From Candidatus Bathyarchaeota archaeon (GTDB taxonomy: Archaea; Thermoproteota; Bathyarchaeia; Bathyarchaeales; Bathycorpusculaceae), in NCBI GenBank assembly GCA_963833575.1, contig CAWHXY010000008.1:128001-192000 (forward strand): a stretch of DNA of 64,000 bases. Reading direction: 5' to 3'. The position numbers and the translations under genes were made by a program. The notes beneath the pieces are model-generated. The model did not search any database. It was given only the letters and a program-made list of their open reading frames with translations, and was not told where the DNA came from. The stretch's first letter is position 1; each line of letters starts with the position of its first letter. Positions 32,384-39,042 of the stretch are shown here, in pieces.

Positions 32384-32682
32384 TTCTTTTCACCAATTCG
32401 ATTACCTGTTTGTCATAGAGTTAAATAGCTGCCGGCTAACCCAGCGCGCTTCACTAAACCTTAACAAAAAACGCTTGTTAGAACCTTGCTCTTTTCTGTC
32501 AACTTTCAGCAAACTATGCAAAGCGCTAACTGGCTTTAGACATTTCGTATACTCCCGTTGTATTAACTATAAGAATTAAGAAAACTACCGTCCGATTCAT
32601 ACGATAGGGTTTGACAATGTATTCGATGAATTTTTAGCTTAAATTCTTCTATGAATTCAATGAAAAATAAATCGGTAAGCTT

Positions 32683-32727
32683 AGGTTTGATTTGAACTCC
32701 TAAGGACAAGTAGAGATTAACCTTCCT
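32683..32727 (+). repeat. Cassette-boundary element, degenerate A type
   Basis: AGGTTTGATTTGAACTCCTAAG..AGTAGAGAT; left half matches the 31965 copy; abuts the histone stop. Confidence 0.6.
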
Positions 32728-33204
32728 TTAATAATAGTCGAAGAACAATTTTCCTGTGATTTTTCTAGTCGCAGTTTTAATATCTTCCGCTTTAATGGTT
32801 TTTCTTCCAGTCTGCATAGCATAATCGAGTGCTTCTTTAGCAATCTTGACTCCGATTTCTTCAAGTGCTTTTGCAAGTTCTTTTGCTGCTGCTTCACTTA
32901 CTCTGTCAGCACCAGCTTTCTTACACAGCCTGTGCATGGGCGCCACAGCTATTTCTAATTCAGTCATAACGACATCTCCAAGTCCTTTTTTGTTTTTTGT
33001 TAACGCAACCCCTGCTATTATTATTTCAAGCTTCGGCGTTTCCATTGGTTTTTCAAGCTTTTTCATTTCTATAGGCGTTTCAAGCTTTGGTTTTTCAGTT
33101 GGCATTTCAAGCTTAGAAACTTCTGTTTTTGGAGCCTTAAGCATCTTTAACTGATTTTTTGATGTTTCGGTATCTTTCTCGGTTTTTTTCTTGTCGTTAG
33201 ACAA
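32728..33204 (-). CDS. Archaeal histone with long N-terminal extension
   Basis: APMHRLCKKAGADRVSEAA...GRKTIKAEDI histone fold; probable TTG start at 33204 after AGGAGA; internal ATG at 32967. Confidence 0.88.
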   Translation of the reverse strand: MSNDKKKTEKDTETSKNQLKMLKAPKTEVSKLEMPTEKPKLETPIEMKKLEKPMETPKLEIIIAGVALTKNKKGLGDVVMTELEIAVAPMHRLCKKAGADRVSEAAAKELAKALEEIGVKIAKEALDYAMQTGRKTIKAEDIKTATRKITGKLFFDYY

Positions 33205-33281
33205 AGTTAGTCTCCTTGATATAGTCATTAAAATAGATTAATAATATTGTGTTTTGAGTTATCAAGTATTTTCAACTTTGG

Positions 33282-33338
33282 TGGGAATCCGATTGACCCA
33301 GTCAGGTAGAGATGTCACCGGCAAACTCCATTTTTTTT
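33282..33338 (+). repeat. Cassette-boundary element, A type
   Basis: TGGGAATCCGATTGACCCAGTCAGGTAGAGATGTCACCGGCAAACTCCA-T8. Confidence 0.7.
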
Positions 33339-33432
33339 CTGGCATTTAGTTACTATTTGGAGCTGGTGTATTAGTCCTGTCTCGAATCTGAGTAGCTTTT
33401 AATAGACAGAATAATGCCCTATCATACATAGA

Positions 33433-33774
33433 GTGGAAGACTTGCTGTTTAAACACAAGAGCGTTGTTAAAGTCGACTTGGCGGATTTAGATGGCGAAAA
33501 AGAGAATCTCGCCAATTTCTTGCGTAGCCACTTCAAATTAAATTCATCAATAATTCCTAAAGGCTTAGAACTAAATATGGACGATGTTTCGGCTTACTCA
33601 TTGGCAAGAATGGTTAACAAGTTTGTTTATCACAAGAATCTAAACAGCACACATTGGGTTACAGTGGAAAATAACACGGTCAAAATCAATAAGTTCAAGG
33701 GCACCACTAAGAAAAAAGAAAAACACGAGAAAGGCATGCCCCATCAAAACATTACACAAAGTTGGGGACTATGA
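33433..33774 (+). CDS. Ribosomal protein eL22 (L22e)-like protein
   Basis: LANFL...K and S.YSL..MVNKFVYHKNL....V pattern resembles eL22 FL.ERIK and SKRYLKYLTKKYL.K.NL; basic tail. Confidence 0.55.
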   Translation: MEDLLFKHKSVVKVDLADLDGEKENLANFLRSHFKLNSSIIPKGLELNMDDVSAYSLARMVNKFVYHKNLNSTHWVTVENNTVKINKFKGTTKKKEKHEKGMPHQNITQSWGL

Positions 33775-33803
33775 AACGCTTTTCTTCACTATTGCGTTGT
33801 CTT

Positions 33804-33858
33804 AGGTGTAGATATACCCTCCAAACAGTGAGAACTTCACCCGCATTTCCACTTTCTT
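33804..33858 (+). repeat. Cassette-boundary element, hybrid (C-like left half, A-like right half)
   Basis: AGGTGTAGATATACCCTCCAAACAGTGAGAACTTCACCCGCATTTCCAC. Confidence 0.7.
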
Positions 33859-33862
33859 AGTT

Positions 33863-34165
33863 CTAAGAAGGGTTCTGTTTTGTTTCTTTGCTTCTTTGAA
33901 GCCTAAAGATAAAGTAGAGATTTACTGCAAGAACAACCCAAAAGAACAGAAATGGCGCATTCAGCACATTTGAATAAGCGACTGGATAGAAAAACATGTT
34001 AGGCGAGTAATGAGGAGAAATAACAATAGGAGACCAAATACTTACAACATTATTGTTGCCCCATTGATTTATAGTGTTCCAAACGCCATAACTAAAAACA
34101 ACATAAAGTAAACTCAACAAGAGATTAGCCAAAAGCATTAACTTTAGCTGTTTTGACGTATGCAC
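33863..34165 (-). CDS. Small two-TM membrane protein
   Basis: 100 aa; tail RSKETKQNPS. Confidence 0.65.
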   Translation of the reverse strand: MHTSKQLKLMLLANLLLSLLYVVFSYGVWNTINQWGNNNVVSIWSPIVISPHYSPNMFFYPVAYSNVLNAPFLFFWVVLAVNLYFIFRLQRSKETKQNPS

Positions 34166-34219
34166 TCAACATAGGCAATTGTTTTGACCTTGCTTAAAAG
34201 ATTTTTTAAATCAAGCGTA

Positions 34220-34253
34220 TAGGAGACTGTACATCCAAGCGTGAGAAATGCAT
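34220..34253 (+). repeat. Cassette-boundary element, C type
   Basis: TAGGAGACTGTACATCCAAGCGTGAGAAATGCAT. Confidence 0.7.
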
Positions 34254-34362
34254 GCTTTGGAAGCAATTGGTTGTCCAGAAAACTGGACTAAACTTTCTTA
34301 GAGTTATTTTTTGGTCTACAAAAGAGGGATTAAATAACTTGGATACATGACAACTTTGAGGC

Positions 34363-35220
34363 ATGGCAAACGTGGAAGACCAAAGTCAGGTTGAACGTGA
34401 CAAGCAACAGGCTGAAATATTTGATGCATTAGGACATCCAACACGTATACAAATACTAAAAGTTCTAAGAGAAGGAGCAGTTGGTTTTGCAGAATTGAAG
34501 AAGAAAACAGCCATTGAAAGTAGTGGACACCTACAGCACCACTTAACCAAACTCAATGGATTGATAAAGACCGATGAATATGGCAAATACTGTTTATCCG
34601 ATGAAGGAAAAGATGCGTTGCTTACCGTTCAAGCAGTAGAGAATGCATCGCAAAAAGACGAAACAAAAGAGAAGGTGAATAGACGATATTTTGGCAAAAG
34701 ATTAAGCTTAAAACCAGTTGCCATTATACTCATGACTCTATTAATTGCAAGTACAGCAGTTGCAATATATGAATACAATCAAATAGTACTTCTTAACAAC
34801 AGAATTAATGATTCGAACAATGGATTAGTCCTGAACAATGCAGGTTATTTGCCGGGGTCTAAACTATACGTCATTTCAGCAAACGCCAGTTATGAAACAA
34901 TTAATGGAAAAGGATGTTTTGTAGTTGATGCCACTGTGAGAAATGACTACACTTCCCAAGAACCACCACCGATGGATAATTCGGGCATTAACAGTACAGG
35001 AACAGCTTATTTCGGCTTAACCGCTATAATGTACGAAGGACACAAGGTAATCTCTTCAGAAGATATAACTAGTGTCGGTTCTTCACCATTAGGAGTACCT
35101 CAGAATAGCTTAGAAAGCGGTCAAACTGACGTAATCCAAATTGATATGGCAACGTCAGACCATACCATAGATAGCTATTCAATATTCCTCATTGCGATTG
35201 CAGGGTACCCAATCCCATAG
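34363..35220 (+). CDS. Membrane-tethered ArsR-type wHTH regulator with extracellular domain
   Basis: IFDALGHPTRIQIL..F.ELKK..SSG.LQHHL.KL, central TM, beta-rich C-terminus. Confidence 0.85.
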   Translation: MANVEDQSQVERDKQQAEIFDALGHPTRIQILKVLREGAVGFAELKKKTAIESSGHLQHHLTKLNGLIKTDEYGKYCLSDEGKDALLTVQAVENASQKDETKEKVNRRYFGKRLSLKPVAIILMTLLIASTAVAIYEYNQIVLLNNRINDSNNGLVLNNAGYLPGSKLYVISANASYETINGKGCFVVDATVRNDYTSQEPPPMDNSGINSTGTAYFGLTAIMYEGHKVISSEDITSVGSSPLGVPQNSLESGQTDVIQIDMATSDHTIDSYSIFLIAIAGYPIP

Positions 35221-35280
35221 TAAATGGGAGAAATGGATAAAAATAAAGACTTCTCGCAATAGTTTCTTGACTAAAACTAA

Positions 35281-35982
35281 TCAAACTTTCTTGACTGAAA
35301 TTAGTTCCTTACTATTCTGATTTCTTTTTCTAACTGTTATCAAGTATCCTGTTCCAAAAGCTACTATTAACGCGCCGATTATCAGTAAATATGTGATAGT
35401 TGTGTTCCAAGCTGCTCGTAAACTGAAATAGTAATCTGGAGGATAATAATTGAGGCTTGTTGCTAAATTTATAGCCAATATGGATAGCCCAAGTAGCATT
35501 ATAGTTGCTCCTCCAATTATTATGATATAACCAACTTTACTTCTAACTTTTGATCCGGCAATTATTCCAGAGATAATAAAAAACACACCAGCCATCAAAA
35601 AAGAGAAGAAACTAAGTGCCCAATATGTTTGAAAATCGCTCCAACCTATTCCGAATTCACGTGTGCCTATTAGTGCTACAGCCAATTTGTACGCTTCAAT
35701 ATTGATTAAGGTGAACCCAACAGTTATTGATGCGTAACTCCATTTGTTTCTGATATTTCTTAAATAAACTGTTCCTATAACTACAAAAAATGCTCCAGCT
35801 ATAAGACAGAAAGAAATAATCGGAACGGCAAATTCGTAAAAAGCAGTATAATTGAGATAATTACTATTGTTGATTTGCAATTCAAGCAAGAACGTAGCTA
35901 TTGCAAAAAAAACCAGTAAAAAGCCTGTAACTGAAGACACGTAACCCCATTTATTTCTAACCTTCATTTCCATGGTTTCCAT
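35281..35982 (-). CDS. Six-TM membrane protein with threefold internal repeat
   Basis: Repeats KVRNKWGY / NIRNKWSY / KVRSKVGY each followed by two TMs. Confidence 0.75.
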   Translation of the reverse strand: METMEMKVRNKWGYVSSVTGFLLVFFAIATFLLELQINNSNYLNYTAFYEFAVPIISFCLIAGAFFVVIGTVYLRNIRNKWSYASITVGFTLINIEAYKLAVALIGTREFGIGWSDFQTYWALSFFSFLMAGVFFIISGIIAGSKVRSKVGYIIIIGGATIMLLGLSILAINLATSLNYYPPDYYFSLRAAWNTTITYLLIIGALIVAFGTGYLITVRKRNQNSKELISVKKV

Positions 35983-36082
35983 GCTTATATTAGGAAACTA
36001 TAGGCGATAAAAGGCTGCTCATAAAACTCTCTTGACTGAAATTAGTCAAAGTTTCTTGACTTAGCTTATTTACGCTTGGAGT
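35980..36082 (-). promoter_or_regulatory. Shared about 100 bp upstream module (copy 2)
   Basis: Near-identical to 29253-29356. Confidence 0.8.
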
Positions 36083-36097
36083 GCTCCCTACAGGAAG

Positions 36098-36370
36098 TTA
36101 ATGATAATATTTCCATAAAAATAGAATAGTTCCAATTATTCCGCCTATAAAAGAGAAAATGCCAAAAATTATGATGGAAGTACCAGCCCAATATGCTGGT
36201 GTGATTCCGTTTCTCATGGGACCAAACATTGAATTAAACATCGAGTTATTGGGCTGTGTGTACGTATAGCCAAAAAGAGCAATAACCGAGGAGCCAACGA
36301 TAAACGAGAAAAACCCTGTAGCAACAGCCATTAAACTAATAGTGCGAAGTCTGCCCTGCTTCAATTCCAT
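36098..36370 (-). CDS. Small two-TM membrane protein
   Basis: 90 aa, two hydrophobic segments. Confidence 0.6.
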   Translation of the reverse strand: MELKQGRLRTISLMAVATGFFSFIVGSSVIALFGYTYTQPNNSMFNSMFGPMRNGITPAYWAGTSIIIFGIFSFIGGIIGTILFLWKYYH

Positions 36371-36449
36371 TTTTCGCCTTCAGCGATTGAGATGATAGAA
36401 CTATTTGTGGCTTAAATGGGCATCTGAGAATCCATAGGCATAGCAAGTA

Positions 36450-36504
36450 GGGGAACGCATTGAACCAACATCGAAGTGAAGACATCACCCGCATTTCAAT
36501 TTTT
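36450..36504 (+). repeat. Cassette-boundary element, A type
   Basis: GGGGAACGCATTGAACCAACATCGAAGTGAAGACATCACCCGCATTTCAA-T5. Confidence 0.75.
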
Positions 36505-36553
36505 GTTTGATTTTTGCCTGAATTTGGAAATTTAGTACATTTTTTTTTCAAAT

Positions 36554-36808
36554 TTACCATATTTTAGGCTTAATCCTTTTTGTCAAACGAATCATGTATC
36601 TTTTCTTATCGACATTTTTTATGCGGCTGTCAATTAGTCCTTGTTTTTTTGCTTCTTCTATAACTTGGTCAAATGAAACGGGCTGAGGATTTTCTGTTTT
36701 TTTGTTTGTTATAATTATCCAGATTTCGTGATATCTATTTTTGTTTTCTTCAAGAAACTCTCTAAGCGCTGTCAACCTTTTGGGTTCAAAAGTCACTGAT
36801 TCAGCCAA
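36554..36808 (-). CDS. Short protein resembling the N-terminal half of YdeI/OmpD-associated proteins
   Basis: LREFLEEN....EIW....KK....V.F...IEEA...G.IDS....D.....R pattern. Confidence 0.55.
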   Translation of the reverse strand: MAESVTFEPKRLTALREFLEENKNRYHEIWIIITNKKTENPQPVSFDQVIEEAKKQGLIDSRIKNVDKKRYMIRLTKRIKPKIW

Positions 36809-36830
36809 GATTTAACACTTCCATTTTTTA

Positions 36831-37044
36831 CGGGCTGTTTGTCTCCCATGTAACCTAACACTTAACCTCATTGCTGAGCGTTGCTTTTAGCTTGGCTAAG
36901 TTCTCTCGGCATGGGATTTTTTAGCGCCCGCGTCTCACCTGTTCCATAATTGGGTAGAACCCAAATCGTCATAGGCGCAAGATTTGTGTTTCTTACGTTC
37001 CCTCTGTTGAGTCCGTCGTTATGGGTGCTCAATATCGGTGAGAC
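36831..37044 (+). ncRNA. Candidate two-domain structured RNA, 214 nt
   Basis: CGGGC/GCCCG and GTCTCACC/GGTGAGAC closing stems, several internal hairpins, G-U pairs favour the + strand. Confidence 0.5.
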
Positions 37045-37093
37045 AATAAGAGAAGGTGAAGGGGTGAATTTATTTACTTTCTTTCTTGCAAGG

Positions 37094-38569
37094 TTAAGTT
37101 GAAGGGCCAGAATTGGTTTTTGACATTTTGGGCTGGATTGGCTCTTTTTTCTTGCGTTTTGCAACAGTTGAAATGGCGGCAACTATTGCTATGACTATTA
37201 CAACGATAATAACGGCTAGAATCATGTGTTCGTTTGAAATGCCGACTAAGACCGAAGCACTTGTTGTTTGTGTCCACCACTGGTTCACTGAAGATGAATT
37301 GAGAGGTGATACATCATTTTGCAGGTCTATCTTGGTAAAACCACCCTGCTGCCCAGCTGGAAGCGTAAGAACCTGATTTGTTTGTACAGTTATGGTGTTA
37401 TTTGTGATTGGATCGATGAAAACCACCGGTCCATCGATAACCTGAACCGCCGTCTCTGAACTCGAAACATTCACCGTATACTCTGTGTTTTCTCCCGCAA
37501 GTTCTCCCTGCGGTACGACTACAAGGTGCGACACTGTTTCTTTTACGTATGCGATTCCATTTGGTATTAGGAAAGCGCCTCCCTCGACAACAAGAGCAAC
37601 TGCTGCCGCTGGCAAAATTGCTTCGCTAAAAACCGCAACTGCTATTGTCGCGTCTATTGGCATCGAAATTAGCATATCTTTAAACTCGCTGTAACCGTTT
37701 GGGAAAATAGTGCCTGTCGACACTGGCGGATAAACTAAATATGCGATCTGATTATCTGGGGCAGGTTCGGAAGTAAGAGATACCCACCCTGCATCGCTGT
37801 TTGCTCCTAAGTACACGGTTCCTCCTTGATTAGGCGAGTTAAAACCGATAATTCCATTGTCGCCTGTCAGAATTTCAGTTCCAGTGGGTATTTGACCTGA
37901 AGACAAAGTCGTATTTCCATTTGCTGTTTTGGAGTATGCTGACTCTTTAATTGATCCAATGTTACCGTAAAAGCGGCTGGCCAATGGCTGACCTGTCGTT
38001 GTTGGAGAAGAAGTAGGAGTCAGGGTTGGCGCTGAAGTTGTTGAGCTAGTTCGGGTAACGACTATGCCGTTTTGATCTGTTGTTTCAGAGGTTCCAGTTA
38101 GGGTTGCCGTTATGATGTCAGTTGTGAAGGTTCCAACTAAGTGTTCCTGAATCTGGCTTGCTTGCTCATCAACCGAGAAGCTTTAGCTTGAAACAGTTCC
38201 TGTAAACTCAATAGAGTCACCACCCGCAGGCGGAACGCCAGATATGCCGTACGTTTGCCAGTATGTGTTGTCAGTAACCCATTTTGAGGGATTAAAATAA
38301 AGAATAATTGTAATTTGACTGCCTTGTTGAGTTATGTCCATTGCAAACGTGGCAGTTACATCATTCATTCGAGCGCTTGAATCGGAAGGATCCATGTCAT
38401 AATAAGTACCAGAGACTGAGCTACTCCATGTTCCACTTAGATCTCTAGCGGGCGTGAGCTGAGCAAACAGGGGAGTTACCTCAATCGAAAATAATAATAA
38501 AGCACAAATTGATAGGGTCGCTATTTTAGTAGAATTAAAGAATGATTTAGAAATTCTATTTTTTTGCAT
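37094..38569 (-). pseudogene. Secreted, C-terminally anchored surface protein interrupted by in-frame TAA
   Basis: ORFs 38183-38569 (signal peptide) and 37094-37984 (C-terminal TM) are in one frame, separated only by TAA at 38183-38185. Confidence 0.75.
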
Positions 38570-38796
38570 GTAATTCCAGCTATAGCCCTAATAATGTTTT
38601 TCAGATGTTTGCTGGTGCGAATAAATAACTTATGAATTATGAAGCAGTCTTACCCAAACTGAAGACCAATCAAGGAAAATCGAATTTGCTTTCTTTCCGT
38701 AAAAGAAGTACCCATCCCGTTTTATGAGGTTCAAACGTCCATCCACGGGTAAAGATTTAAGTGGGACAATTATGATTTATGTGCAAGGTAATTTAA

Positions 38797-38958
38797 ATGC
38801 CAACTCACGGAAGTTTATCTAAAGCTGGAAAAGTAAGGTCTCAAACGCCTAAAATCCAAGGGACGCCAAAAACAGCGCCAAGCCCAAAAACCCGAAACAG
38901 ACGCAATTATGAGAAACGGACGATTCTGCAAAGGAAAGCCGGCCAAAACTGGATGTAA
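38797..38958 (+). CDS. rps30e: 30S ribosomal protein S30e (53 aa, not in ORF track)
   Basis: [20 protein letters not shown]...RNRRNYEKR. Confidence 0.95.
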   Translation: MPTHGSLSKAGKVRSQTPKIQGTPKTAPSPKTRNRRNYEKRTILQRKAGQNWM

Positions 38959-39042
38959 GCGAAGAAGCAAAACTTGTTTTTTCAATCCCTCACTTCTCTT
39001 CGACGTTCGTGTTGTTTATTTATCACTTAACTAGATCTTATT

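Larger units (their letters stand above)
28387..36808. mobile_element. Cassette-like variable island: single genes separated by co-oriented degenerate repeat sites
   Basis: 11 related intergenic elements, shared promoter modules, unrelated and partly disrupted genes; lies between tyrS and rps30e. Confidence 0.55.

Noticed and set aside
28446-36504. Repeats as a CRISPR array
   Set aside because: Copies are degenerate and separated by whole genes of 0.4-2 kb rather than uniform 30-45 bp spacers; no cas genes in the window.
29385-36504. A-type element as a canonical attC site
   Set aside because: Some copies read AAC...GTT on the minus strand, but the R boxes do not fit RYYYAAC/GTTRRRY and only the 36450 copy forms a long hairpin.
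36851-36859. TAACCTAAC resembling a telomerase template for TTAGG
   Set aside because: A 9 nt match is expected by chance; no reverse transcriptase or TTAGG repeats in the window.
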